Shown piece after piece: positions 37,746 through 48,094 of a stretch of DNA of 64,000 bases. Positions within the stretch are counted from its first letter, which is position 1. Each line of letters opens with the position of its first letter. Origin of the DNA: Giardia intestinalis (lineage: Eukaryota); NCBI GenBank assembly GCA_000002435.2, contig CM018792.1. One strand, written 5' to 3'. The notes beneath the pieces were generated by a model. The model saw nothing but the letters and a program-made list of their open reading frames with translations, did not search any database and was not told where the DNA came from. The position numbers and the translations under genes were made by a program.

Positions 37746-40700
37746 ATGTGCAGTCGGTGGGAGCAGCGTCTCTTCACCAAAGAAGTAGCTGATGCTCTCC
37801 TGATAGCTAAAGATGCAGTTGAGTGCCCGGAAGCTGAACTTACACCCATCTCCAAGCATTTCAATCTTGGTGGATTAGACTATGCTATGTGCTTTATCAC
37901 TAGACATAAAGGCAGTCATCAGCAAGAGGAATTGAATAGGCACTGCTTTGGCTCTACCAGTGCCCGACTAGAGAACTGTCCTAGAATGAACTCGCATGAT
38001 ATCTCCGTCCTCACCCACTTTGGTCTCCCATGCTCGTTTCTTCTCTACGCTTGTACGGACCGTTCTCTTGGGTGTCCACTGAAAACCTCTATTCCCCCAA
38101 AAGATACGGCAAAGGCAACAAAGCCCACAGAGTCACTTCTTCAATTGCTTGAACTCCTTGTCTATTCGGCTGCCACACAGGTACACCTGGATCAGATATA
38201 TCCTTTTCTAATTCAAGTCCCGATTTATCAACAGGGGCACTCTATCGCCATGTTTGCATTGAGGGGTTGGTATCGATCTTGCCATATGTCCGGAATCATT
38301 AATGGCATGGGTATATCTTCCAGCTTTGGTGTGGGAGAGATGAAAAGCTATGACTGCCTTCAGAGTTCTCACGAAAGCACCGAAACACATAGCGCTGACT
38401 CCCTCCACTCTGTGCACGCTCTTGCTTTCCTTCGAGATACCAAAGATGTTATGCGTGGTCTGCCTAGAAGCTCAACCATAGGGCCTGTTCCTCTGCTGTC
38501 GTGTTATTATACAGATATACTTGCTAGTGCCCCTAACTCTTTATCTAGAACCCCCAGTCTCCCGTACAATGGGCACCTAGTTCGACGAATGGATCTCTTG
38601 CAGAGGACACTATCTTTTTCTGATCTAAAAGACTTCGTCACCGACGCTCTAGGACGAAGCAAGTCTCAGCGACATATTGCAGCAAAGAATTCTGCCAAGA
38701 CAGCCCTTGTTTCTCTCTCGAAATCGCTGAAGATGAATACGGACGAAATTCTGTGGCCATTGACAGATATCTTGCCGACTGACGTTAACAAGAACGTCTA
38801 CCTTACTAACATCTACCAAAACACCTATAAGCAACCTTTTAAATGCTACCTTAACGTGATGCTCTCACGCATCATTCCATTAGACTTTCCATTGACAGCA
38901 CACGTGCCGCGAATGTACCTGAACAGCATCGCCACAGGCATCCCTAGCAACTTTGGATCCGTGTGGAAGATTTTTGCCAGATGTCCTGCAGAGGCCTTCG
39001 TTCGAGGAAAGGCCATTGAATCAGTGGTTCTGCACTGCTATGCAACCGATTTTGATCAAGATTTCCTTACAACATATGCAAACATTCTATGCAGAGTACG
39101 CTCCAATCTTGAAAGCGGGGTGTCTGTATCTCTCCTTGGAAAAAAGACCCGCAGAGCTAACATAGACACCTTTAGGAGGAAGCATGTTAATGACCCTGCC
39201 ACCAATTTCAATAGTACCGACTGCAAAGGATCTCTGTCAAAACAGACTGTGCTCTCCACCAATGGCCATAAGGATCCATACACCGTATATGTGAAAAAGC
39301 TAACTGAGTACAGACAGGCTCGTGCTCTGGAGCACAAACGTAATACCATAGTTATAGGCGACTCCACTTTACCGGTTCTTCTTCCTGCTGGGATACCGTT
39401 GCACAATTCTCTGCACATTTTATCTCTTGCAATACACTTTGGTCTAGCAGCTATCGAGAGCTTCGGCGCTGCGAGTGCAGATATCGATGATGCACCTGTC
39501 TGGGCATTTGCTCCCTTCTTTGCAGAGCTATCTCAGACAGGCGATCTCCAAAAGGCCGTGCCCGGGTGTGCAGCTGTGGCAAATCTGTTGTCTGTAACGG
39601 AGAAGTATCTGCAATTTAGCTATGGACATACTGCACCGAGAAGCATGGAGTCTGTATCTGTAGATTGTTCTGTCTATATATCTCATAATACCACTCTGGC
39701 AGCTCTGGCTCTGGCAGAAGAACAGTCGGCTACACCGCAAGGAACAACCCAGACAGGGTCGGGCGAAATATTAGCGAGCCACAAAGTCCTAAATACCAGC
39801 ATAGACTATATTCTTGGATGTCACCAGGGAGCCAACACTACTGGGGATAATCACCACTGTGGACGCCGCCGCACACCCCTCAAAAAGCCTCCATGCTACT
39901 CGTCTCCATTGTCCCAGCAATTCTACTCCCTACACAGCGAACTCTATTGTCCTGAAAACTGTCTTCTTTGCAGAGTTGCCGGGGTGGCCTCTGGAATTTC
40001 TGAGGCCCAGGGAGTTTTAGTACTAGTCAAGACGCTGATTTCACGGCTCATGGCCATGTTTCACAGTGGAGACTCAATACCCTATGTTGGCTATACATTT
40101 GAGATAACTCGGCACGCTACCATATACCAGGTACTGGCAAAGGCAAACCAATGTCTTAGGCTCTATCAGGCATCTACTAGCAACAATAGCAATAGCAGCT
40201 CCATGAGCTTTGATGATAGAGGAAAAGCATTAACAAAGTTCGGGTTAAATAAGGTCACAATGAGCCTCCCTTCGCCAACGTTCCATGATCTTAAAAGCGA
40301 GCTCTCTAAGGAGCCACGGAATACAATGCTGTATTCCTTAATTTGTAAGAACTTTCTTTACTTTTTGCTGCAAGCAGGCGCTCAGCTATTGGAGAGAACA
40401 ATTAGCGAGGAAGCATTAGTCAAGGGGGTCTTGGAACACATGCTGGCTCGTGGCGACTATGCTGGATATGCACCAAAGAACCTTGTCAGTGCATATCCAT
40501 CCATGTTCAAGGAGCCTTCTTACACAGACTATCCTCCAATACTCACCACTGAGGCGTTAGGCATCATTCCAATAGGTAGAACAACAGGAATCCTAACATT
40601 TGTTCCGAAGACGAGCGCTGCCTTGACTGAGGATGCCTCGTATCTCTGCCTCATTTACCCTTACCCCAATAGCTTTGTGGAGCAATGTGCACGGACCGTA

Positions 40701-41492
40701 ATCCGAGAGTTCGTGAATCTGGAGAACGGACAAGAAAAAAGGACACTCTTAGAGAGAATGCGGATGTTACGTGAAACAGCACTGGATCTAGACTTTTATG
40801 ACATTGGCCTGCGTGCCTTAGAAAGCCTGTTTGTCTCTGAAAGCACCGAATACATTCTCTACACGCTTGCATCCATTCGGGCCATCAATTACGTGATAGA
40901 GGTGTCTGAGGTTGGCTTCGAGGCTATTAACGGAATCCCTCTCTTCGACGCTTTACTCGATTGCAGCCCTAGCTCTGAACAAGAGGACAGGGACACCAAG
41001 TATAGCTGTCTAGCTTTTCCAGAGCTGCCTAGTGACAGATTACTCCTCTTACCATTTAGGGTCCATAAAGGACAGCCTTCTTCAGAAGAGGACGTGTCGT
41101 TGATTGCTATGAAGAGGAGCATATCTCTCTTGAAGAAGATGTGTGCTCCATACTATCGTAGGGAATACATTATTGCGTGCTCCTCGCTTCTGAGTGAGAT
41201 CCTTGGGGTGCAACTGCCCTTGGCATACACTATGTGCCTTCAACCAGTGGCCCTGGATCCCGGAGAGAGAGATCTTGCATTTAAAAGAATAGAGAAGCGG
41301 CTACTGCCGTTGTTTTGGGAAGCAACCCTTATAACGAGTTTTATGACGGGCGATGACACTCAACATCATCGCTGCTACATGCAATTTTTAAAGCCAGAGC
41401 TAATTCATCATTCGTTTACACCGACCTTTCGGCATTGTGTGGGATTTACCCTGTCTAACTCTGTGTTTAAGAGTAAGAAGCAGGAACTTTAA
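37746..41492 (+). CDS. Large hypothetical protein (about 1248 aa)
   Basis: Long uninterrupted ORF. The ORF-track start at 37728 is TTG; the first ATG is at 37746. No domain recognised from motifs. Confidence 0.6.
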   Translation: MCSRWEQRLFTKEVADALLIAKDAVECPEAELTPISKHFNLGGLDYAMCFITRHKGSHQQEELNRHCFGSTSARLENCPRMNSHDISVLTHFGLPCSFLLYACTDRSLGCPLKTSIPPKDTAKATKPTESLLQLLELLVYSAATQVHLDQIYPFLIQVPIYQQGHSIAMFALRGWYRSCHMSGIINGMGISSSFGVGEMKSYDCLQSSHESTETHSADSLHSVHALAFLRDTKDVMRGLPRSSTIGPVPLLSCYYTDILASAPNSLSRTPSLPYNGHLVRRMDLLQRTLSFSDLKDFVTDALGRSKSQRHIAAKNSAKTALVSLSKSLKMNTDEILWPLTDILPTDVNKNVYLTNIYQNTYKQPFKCYLNVMLSRIIPLDFPLTAHVPRMYLNSIATGIPSNFGSVWKIFARCPAEAFVRGKAIESVVLHCYATDFDQDFLTTYANILCRVRSNLESGVSVSLLGKKTRRANIDTFRRKHVNDPATNFNSTDCKGSLSKQTVLSTNGHKDPYTVYVKKLTEYRQARALEHKRNTIVIGDSTLPVLLPAGIPLHNSLHILSLAIHFGLAAIESFGAASADIDDAPVWAFAPFFAELSQTGDLQKAVPGCAAVANLLSVTEKYLQFSYGHTAPRSMESVSVDCSVYISHNTTLAALALAEEQSATPQGTTQTGSGEILASHKVLNTSIDYILGCHQGANTTGDNHHCGRRRTPLKKPPCYSSPLSQQFYSLHSELYCPENCLLCRVAGVASGISEAQGVLVLVKTLISRLMAMFHSGDSIPYVGYTFEITRHATIYQVLAKANQCLRLYQASTSNNSNSSSMSFDDRGKALTKFGLNKVTMSLPSPTFHDLKSELSKEPRNTMLYSLICKNFLYFLLQAGAQLLERTISEEALVKGVLEHMLARGDYAGYAPKNLVSAYPSMFKEPSYTDYPPILTTEALGIIPIGRTTGILTFVPKTSAALTEDASYLCLIYPYPNSFVEQCARTVIREFVNLENGQEKRTLLERMRMLRETALDLDFYDIGLRALESLFVSESTEYILYTLASIRAINYVIEVSEVGFEAINGIPLFDALLDCSPSSEQEDRDTKYSCLAFPELPSDRLLLLPFRVHKGQPSSEEDVSLIAMKRSISLLKKMCAPYYRREYIIACSSLLSEILGVQLPLAYTMCLQPVALDPGERDLAFKRIEKRLLPLFWEATLITSFMTGDDTQHHRCYMQFLKPELIHHSFTPTFRHCVGFTLSNSVFKSKKQEL

Positions 41493-41495
41493 AAA

Positions 41496-43598
41496 ATGTT
41501 TCTAGATTCTACTGCTCCACCTGCTCAGCTAGGCTTATTCCAATCAGCCACATGTAGATCTCCTGGAAGTATGAAGGTATGTCGCAGATATACGATTCCA
41601 CTGAATGCAGTGCTTGACCGCAATCTTTTATTCAAGCTTTTGGAAAAGCTACGCGATAACAACTCTAGCTTCATTATACATGTAGTAGAATGGACCGAAA
41701 CTAAAGAAGAGTTGTTGGTCTATACAGATGGCGCTACGGACACGCCTCTAGAGACAATCTATTGTGAGGCGAGGTTTATAGACAGTGCTCTACCAGAACA
41801 TGTCGTCTGGGAGTTTATGTATAGCATGCTTTCCGCAGTAAAAGAAGCTCAAGCAATAAGAAACTATATTCTAGCAGATTCTGTACAGTTGCGGAGCCAG
41901 GTTCCCGTCCTGAGCTTGAAGTCGTTCTACATGAATAACGCAGGTTTTTGCAGGTTGGATGTTTTTGTGTATTGTTTTAACTATCTATTTGATAGGACTG
42001 TTCTTTTTCAAAGTCTGTCTAATCAGCCTTTGATACTCAAAAGTGTCGCCGTGGCCGACCTCTGGCCATACGAGGACTGCTCTAATAACTGTATGTCATG
42101 CACTGCTGTCTCTCCGCCACTCAGTTTCTACGTGGAGCCCGAACATAAGGACACTTGCCCGACAAGTAAAGCTGACTGGCTTAAGATAGAGACGTACATG
42201 ATTGGCCGTATCGTGCTTCTACTATGCGATTTGAGCCCAGTCATGTTAGCGACTACAGACGAAGATGACGAATATTACAATGCGAATCACCTCTATTTTC
42301 GGGGATATTCCATAGAACTAGCGCTTATTGGCTATCGTATGCTTTACACACAGGGCAGTATTCGCTTCTTGGTGTCTGATCTATTGGAGCACGATTTCAT
42401 GATTATTCTCCGATATATCCTATGCCCGCCGAGTCAGGATGCTACTCACCACCGGATAGGCAGTCAAAACGCAACCCCACTTATACTAGGGGCAAGAAGC
42501 AGGTTTCCTCTACTCATCGATGAGTTGGTGGAGCGATATGCTGGAATGCAGGACGCTCGCGGAAAAACTGCCTTAATGTACGCGGCGGAAAATAACTCCT
42601 TAGCTTATATTGAATGCTTGAAAGCTAAGGAGATGCGGATGCAACTGAGGACAATTGGCACCGAGAGCGATGGAGAAACTGCACTGATGATTGCTGTAGC
42701 TAACGGAAACTGCAATGCAGCAGCGCTATTAATGGATGAAGCTGGCCTAGCTCGCCGCGATGGGACAACCGCGCTTATGATGGCGTGCGATCAAATAGGA
42801 CTCCAGGATGATGCAGTGATAGATGAGCTAATAGCCAGAGAGCATGGGATGCGTAGCTGCTCAGGGTACACAGCGCTTATGCACGCAGCCAAAGCTGGAA
42901 ATGTGCACCTAGTAAGGAAAACTATGCCATATGAGGCGCGAGCTCAAGCAAATGACGGAACTACCGCGCTACTTCTGGCTGCCTCATTAGGATACGCGTC
43001 AATATGCTCCTTACTCATCGAGCAGGAAGGAATGTACAGTGATAACGAAGGGTGTACCGCCCTCATAATCGCATCAAAGCAAGGTCTAGAGAGAGCTGTC
43101 TTGGCAACCATACAGCTTGCGGGAGAATCCAACCACATGGGCCGCACAGCGCTAATGCATGCGGTAAAGTACAACAGACAGAGAATTGTATCAGTCCTGT
43201 CCACATGCGAAAAAGAAATGGGTAGGACAGATAAGTATGGGGCATCAGCACTAAGCATGGCTGCTGAGAGTGGAAATGCACAAGTTCTTGGCATTCTCTT
43301 GAAATCTCCGATAGCGGACAAAGAGGTATCTCTAGTGGACAAAAATGGCTGGACCGCCCTCATCCATGCTGCAAGGAACAACCATGTGGATTGCGTGGTT
43401 CAGCTTGTCAAGACACAAGCAGGGATGAAGGATTTTAAGGGCTACTCGGCGATTCTGTATGCTATAAAATGGGGATATGTGGAGGTCGTCAAAAGACTAT
43501 TAGAATCCGAGGGGTATCTATTGAAGGAGCAGCCTGGAAAATCGCACCTCCAATCTATTGACACTTCCCCAGATGTGGCAAACCTACTCACTAGCTGA
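41496..43598 (+). CDS. Ankyrin-repeat protein (Protein 21.1-like) with a roughly 330-aa N-terminal domain of unknown function
   Basis: At least 9 ankyrin units lie in the C-terminal half (GKTALMYAAENNSLAYIECL, GETALMIAVANGNCNAAALL, GTTALMMACDQ..., GYTALMHAAKAGNVHLV...). The ATG lies 3 nt after the upstream stop. Confidence 0.8.
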   Translation: MFLDSTAPPAQLGLFQSATCRSPGSMKVCRRYTIPLNAVLDRNLLFKLLEKLRDNNSSFIIHVVEWTETKEELLVYTDGATDTPLETIYCEARFIDSALPEHVVWEFMYSMLSAVKEAQAIRNYILADSVQLRSQVPVLSLKSFYMNNAGFCRLDVFVYCFNYLFDRTVLFQSLSNQPLILKSVAVADLWPYEDCSNNCMSCTAVSPPLSFYVEPEHKDTCPTSKADWLKIETYMIGRIVLLLCDLSPVMLATTDEDDEYYNANHLYFRGYSIELALIGYRMLYTQGSIRFLVSDLLEHDFMIILRYILCPPSQDATHHRIGSQNATPLILGARSRFPLLIDELVERYAGMQDARGKTALMYAAENNSLAYIECLKAKEMRMQLRTIGTESDGETALMIAVANGNCNAAALLMDEAGLARRDGTTALMMACDQIGLQDDAVIDELIAREHGMRSCSGYTALMHAAKAGNVHLVRKTMPYEARAQANDGTTALLLAASLGYASICSLLIEQEGMYSDNEGCTALIIASKQGLERAVLATIQLAGESNHMGRTALMHAVKYNRQRIVSVLSTCEKEMGRTDKYGASALSMAAESGNAQVLGILLKSPIADKEVSLVDKNGWTALIHAARNNHVDCVVQLVKTQAGMKDFKGYSAILYAIKWGYVEVVKRLLESEGYLLKEQPGKSHLQSIDTSPDVANLLTS

Positions 43599-43620
43599 GC
43601 ACCTGTAGCCTCATGCATTG

Positions 43621-45375
43621 TCAGTGTGCTGGTGCATGTGCTTGAATCAAATTTAATATAATTTGAACCATGTCGGAGCTTTGCCCAAACATCGCCGAGT
43701 TCAAATAGACCAACGTAGGAACGATATCTGAATATAGCTTTCTGTAGAGAAGAAGGTGCTGCCGTACCTTTTCCCGCTCCCCAGCCGTACACTTTTCCTG
43801 TGCAGTGATACATATGCCTTCTAAGTCATCCAGAGCTAAATCCTCAATCTCGCTTGTCAACTCAGAAGGCATGAAGTCAAGCACGTACAAGAACCTACAG
43901 TTACAGCTATAGCAAAAGTGGCATTGCAGGCTTATAAAGTGAAAAGATAGGTCTGCAGATACCCTCTGGCAATCATGACACAAGTAGACCCTAATTTTAA
44001 CAAGCTCAGACTGGTTTAGGCTTAGCTGTGTCTCTGAGTAGCGTCTCAAATTCTCACACCTGATAATCCCATAGCGGTATCTATCTAAGATAATCTTGTG
44101 GTCCAGCGGACACGTTATGTTTTCGCTCATTATCATATCATTAAAGCACCTTCTATGCATCTTATGTGCTGAGTTACACGGTAGAACTATTTCCGACATG
44201 ACATTATCTGCAAACGGGATCATACAAACAGGACACATGTTATCACAATCGCACACGTGTGTGTCATAGTCTTCTCTACTAATGCACGTTCGACAAGTGC
44301 TACAGTGTCTTACCATCTCCTGGAGACCTACATGACACGAGTTGCAGTGCTGACAATGGTACGTTGGTTTCATTTCGGGGCCAAGCATGCATAAAGTGTT
44401 GCATATGTTACAGAATGTTCTCGAGACCACCACACCACAATATTCGCACCGAAAGCCTATGCGTCCAACCTTGTTGCACGTGAGACAGAACATTTCCTTA
44501 ACTCTCCTTCTATCCAGGGTATGACCAGGAACCAGATTGTCATGACAAATACGACACGGATAGATTTGTGCACAATCGGGACACACAATAAACGCTCCTG
44601 TCCAGTAGTGTGGGCAGCCAGTCACCTTTTCGACATCGTATTGCACCCATACGTATGGATCTTCCGCTTCCTTTCTCCTACGTTCGGAGACAGACAATAA
44701 AAATGGACCTGCCAAGAAGATGTATCCTGAGTCAGGGTCATTGTCATTTAGTGGTGCCAAGAACTTTTCATCTAAATCGGTCTGATCAAATGTATCCTGT
44801 GTCTGGTGGCTACTTGAGGAAGTCGACGGCGTCATGTTGATCTGGCTGCTTGAGGACACATACATATTCGAAGAACTAGTAAAAGACGACCCTATGTTTG
44901 ATGAACTTTCCTGTTCTAAAAGGCCGCCTGTGAATGCTGCATCAATTTCACTACCTACATTCATTACCTTAAGTGCAGGATACTGCTTCTGCTTTTGAAA
45001 AATAGATAGCATAGTACGCGGATCCGTAGAAAGGACTTCCGGCCGAATGTATGGAATGTGGAAGCCCGCGCTAGTATTTTTCATAAGTAAGCTGTTTTCC
45101 TTTGAATGAATCATTGCAAACACTGATTTGGAAGGGCTATAACATCGTAGCGGAAAAATGGATTGTACAGCTTTAAGGCTAGAAAGTTCCTTTTGATAGT
45201 TCTCCTCGCCGGAGACGTATGCGGGAAAGTCACGCAAATACTCCCTGTTGCTAGGCTCAAATCCTAAAGACGTATCGCGTAGCTTAAAAAGTCGGCCTTT
45301 AACTAGACACGTCTCAATAGATCCATTATAATCAGATGAAAGCATTTTTATTTTGGCGGAATCAGATATTACCAT
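43621..45375 (-). CDS. CHY zinc-finger plus RING finger protein (Pirh2/RCHY1-like E3 ubiquitin ligase)
   Basis: Landmarks in order are GCPHYWTGAFIVCPDCAQIYPCRICHD...H.LDR, C.TC...G...C..CG, YHCQHCNSC, CPVCMIPF...LPCNSAHKMHRRCF and CPLD, giving the CHY, CTCHY and RING-H2 order. The ORF-track start at 45387 is TTG; the first ATG is at 45375. Confidence 0.8.
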   Translation of the reverse strand: MVISDSAKIKMLSSDYNGSIETCLVKGRLFKLRDTSLGFEPSNREYLRDFPAYVSGEENYQKELSSLKAVQSIFPLRCYSPSKSVFAMIHSKENSLLMKNTSAGFHIPYIRPEVLSTDPRTMLSIFQKQKQYPALKVMNVGSEIDAAFTGGLLEQESSSNIGSSFTSSSNMYVSSSSQINMTPSTSSSSHQTQDTFDQTDLDEKFLAPLNDNDPDSGYIFLAGPFLLSVSERRRKEAEDPYVWVQYDVEKVTGCPHYWTGAFIVCPDCAQIYPCRICHDNLVPGHTLDRRRVKEMFCLTCNKVGRIGFRCEYCGVVVSRTFCNICNTLCMLGPEMKPTYHCQHCNSCHVGLQEMVRHCSTCRTCISREDYDTHVCDCDNMCPVCMIPFADNVMSEIVLPCNSAHKMHRRCFNDMIMSENITCPLDHKIILDRYRYGIIRCENLRRYSETQLSLNQSELVKIRVYLCHDCQRVSADLSFHFISLQCHFCYSCNCRFLYVLDFMPSELTSEIEDLALDDLEGICITAQEKCTAGEREKVRQHLLLYRKLYSDIVPTLVYLNSAMFGQSSDMVQIILNLIQAHAPAH

Positions 45376-45467
45376 GTGGTATGTCAATCAGCTGTGGATT
45401 TTTATTTAGCTCTCGAATCCCGGAACAGGGAATCAAGCAGGGAAGGCCCATTCAAAAATTTAAAACG

Positions 45468-46496
45468 ATGACCTCGACCCTTCTGTCGTCCCACATTCTG
45501 AACAAGACGGATCAGAAGGCTGCAGAGGCTGCGCTGGCAGCACTACACCACACTTCGATCCCAGTAAGCCAAACTCAGCAGTTAAGTATTGCGGTCATTG
45601 GGGCTCGGTCGACAGGCAAGAGTACTCTTACGGCCTTGCTTGCTGGTCTTCCGTTTTTGCGGTTCTCCCCATCTCAGTGCTCTTCTTTTATTATGACTCA
45701 TTATATTCCGCCCCGGAGTTGTACCGCACTGCGACTGATCGTCCAGGATGTGCATTATGAAGACAATGCAATACTCCTAACCAACGGATTAGTGTTCACC
45801 GTCTCATGCTTGAATGTTGATCTTTCTATCCGGCACCTTGAATCGGTGGTTGACCGCGTTCTCCAGTATCAAGAGGTCCTTATTGCATTTACCAAAGCAG
45901 ACCAAGCTACAAACGATGAGTTCACTGCAGCCTTGTCTAAGACCACGGACATCGTCGCACGGCTCCGGGCCCGTCGAATTTTGTGCCAGATGGTGATGCT
46001 GTCTTTGCCGAGCGATGACACCAAGGCTTATCTAAAGAGCTTCACTAACCATGTGTACATATCCATGCGGCATGCACTGGCGCAGAGAGAGCTGAAAGAG
46101 CTGGAGGAGCAATTGGCTGATAGCACGGCCTCCATGCTTTCTGAAAATTCGGTATCTTTGGCAGCAATGATTAATAGGCGCTGCGTTCACAGTTCTCTCA
46201 GCAGCGATGTGCTGTCTATCGCCTTCAACATAGAACTTTTCGGCAATAAGAAATATGCGCAGCAGCTGGAGCTATACAAAAGCATAGTGGCTCAGCAGGA
46301 ACCATCATCGATAAAGTTACCTAGTGCTAATATAACGAAGGGAGATGTAACTATCACTGTCATGCCTGCAATTCCTGAGGACCAGTCACAGACTCACAGC
46401 AGATCAGCTCCCGAGTCCTGCGAGGAAGACGGGATCAAGGTTCCTGAAAGTAATGTTTCTACATTAAGCAGTGTGGCAATGGACGAGTCGTTCTAG
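45468..46496 (+). CDS. P-loop GTPase-like protein, about 343 aa
   Basis: G1 motif IAVIGARSTGKSTLTALLAG and G4-like LIAFTKADQ. The ORF-track ORF at 45336 overlaps the divergent gene. The ATG at 45468 follows AT-rich ttcaaaaatttaaaacgATG. Confidence 0.55.
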   Translation: MTSTLLSSHILNKTDQKAAEAALAALHHTSIPVSQTQQLSIAVIGARSTGKSTLTALLAGLPFLRFSPSQCSSFIMTHYIPPRSCTALRLIVQDVHYEDNAILLTNGLVFTVSCLNVDLSIRHLESVVDRVLQYQEVLIAFTKADQATNDEFTAALSKTTDIVARLRARRILCQMVMLSLPSDDTKAYLKSFTNHVYISMRHALAQRELKELEEQLADSTASMLSENSVSLAAMINRRCVHSSLSSDVLSIAFNIELFGNKKYAQQLELYKSIVAQQEPSSIKLPSANITKGDVTITVMPAIPEDQSQTHSRSAPESCEEDGIKVPESNVSTLSSVAMDESF

Positions 46497-46679
46497 ATAC
46501 GGGTACTGGTTGAGTTATCAAAAAATAGTTGCTATCTGGTTAGCTAACTACGGGCTATTGAGTGACCATTCACCCATTAATATCCTAATTCGAAAGTGCT
46601 AATACTAGGGCAGATTTGCAAAGATACAGTTTGGGCGGTTATTCAAATTAAAAATAAGAGCCGGGGAAACTAAAAAAAT

Positions 46680-48041
46680 ATGGAGGAGAAGAGCCGCTCC
46701 CATTCTTCTAAGGCCGGTGGAGAGAGGCCCTTCATCTCAGATGACTCGCTCACATATGTACGTGCGGACTATTTCGGGGTAGACATGTCCTATCATGAGA
46801 AGCTTGCCCACAGATGTTGGCGCGATATATTTTTCTGCGGGACGGAGCTTGATCACTATGAGAGGCTCTTCGCAAAGCCATGGCTCTTTCCGCATCTGGG
46901 AGAAGACCTAGACACCGACGGCGCTCTCTATACTGATATTCTAGCGGGAAGGCATGTCTATCTTTTTGGGATTTCCGAACCAAAACTTGTTGGCAAAGAG
47001 TTCCTCCCGGTTCCAATCATTTGTGCGGTTAGTATTAGTATTCCTTTGCCGGAGCAGATAGGAATCAAGTCTGTTCAGATGAATAGTATAGACGTCCTGT
47101 CATTCGAGCAAATGGATCTTTTCTTCAGAGAGGAATCTTTTGGAGTCGCAAAGGTTGATGGGAAGCCAAAGAAAAAACTCATTGTTAAAACACTGGCATT
47201 GAACAAGCGTCTCAGCACTGTCGAGTTCATGTCTGAGCTCCAGTTAAATAGGTATAAGTATGCCAACTTGTATATTTTCCGCCCCGATGTGGAGGAGAAA
47301 GAGATGAAGGAGATGGTGGAGCCGACCAATGTAATTGTTGATGTGACACTGCATAAGACCACAGTAACGGATCTCTACGAGGAGAAGGACGACGCAACTG
47401 AAGCCGCCAAGCACATAGTCAATAAACACTTCAAGGATCTACCTCATACGAAGGCAGATATCCTCGAAATTGCAAAGAAACTTAAGGAATCTATGAATGA
47501 GGAAAAAGGGCGTTACAAGGCTCGGATGGCAAACATCAAACGACAAATCAGCGAGTGCTCTACTGAATATCTAGATGCTCTCAAGGGCATGCGCATTATC
47601 AAGTACTATCCTTATCTAGACACGGAGCGGGCAGAAATCCGAACCAATAAGCTTGTGAACCGTTTCTATGGAGATGCCACAGAAGTGAAAGGAGGCACGT
47701 CTCCCTATGAGACCCGCGAAGAGTTCGAGCAGAGAATGCAGGCCCTCGAGGCAAAGAAGGCGGAGAAACTCCGCCGTAGCAATCTTGCAGAAGAAAAGAG
47801 GCTCCAGCGCATATTGGAGATGAAAAAGAAGCGCGAAAGCAATCCGCCGACGAAGAAGCTTACTAGAGCCGATCGAATCCGACTCCTTGAGGCAGAGTTG
47901 GAGAACACTCCAGAAGCTATCGCGCGAAGGAAGAGGGAAGAAAGAAAAGCTGCTGCAAAGGAGAAAGCCGCGAAGGCTAGGATGAAGGCTAAAGCTAAGG
48001 TCAAGCCAGTTTTGAAGACCATGAAGAGGATGAGGAAGTAA
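46680..48041 (+). CDS. Hypothetical protein with a Lys/Arg/Glu-rich C-terminal coiled-coil tail
   Basis: True ATG after taaaaaaatATG. The last roughly 120 aa are highly basic and helical (KKAEKLRRSNLAEEKRLQRILEMKKKRE...KAAKARMKAKAKVK). Confidence 0.55.
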   Translation: MEEKSRSHSSKAGGERPFISDDSLTYVRADYFGVDMSYHEKLAHRCWRDIFFCGTELDHYERLFAKPWLFPHLGEDLDTDGALYTDILAGRHVYLFGISEPKLVGKEFLPVPIICAVSISIPLPEQIGIKSVQMNSIDVLSFEQMDLFFREESFGVAKVDGKPKKKLIVKTLALNKRLSTVEFMSELQLNRYKYANLYIFRPDVEEKEMKEMVEPTNVIVDVTLHKTTVTDLYEEKDDATEAAKHIVNKHFKDLPHTKADILEIAKKLKESMNEEKGRYKARMANIKRQISECSTEYLDALKGMRIIKYYPYLDTERAEIRTNKLVNRFYGDATEVKGGTSPYETREEFEQRMQALEAKKAEKLRRSNLAEEKRLQRILEMKKKRESNPPTKKLTRADRIRLLEAELENTPEAIARRKREERKAAAKEKAAKARMKAKAKVKPVLKTMKRMRK

Positions 48042-48094
48042 GACCCAGAACTCGCAGTAAATTCTTGTTTTCTTCGCCGCTCTTACTTTTTCCT

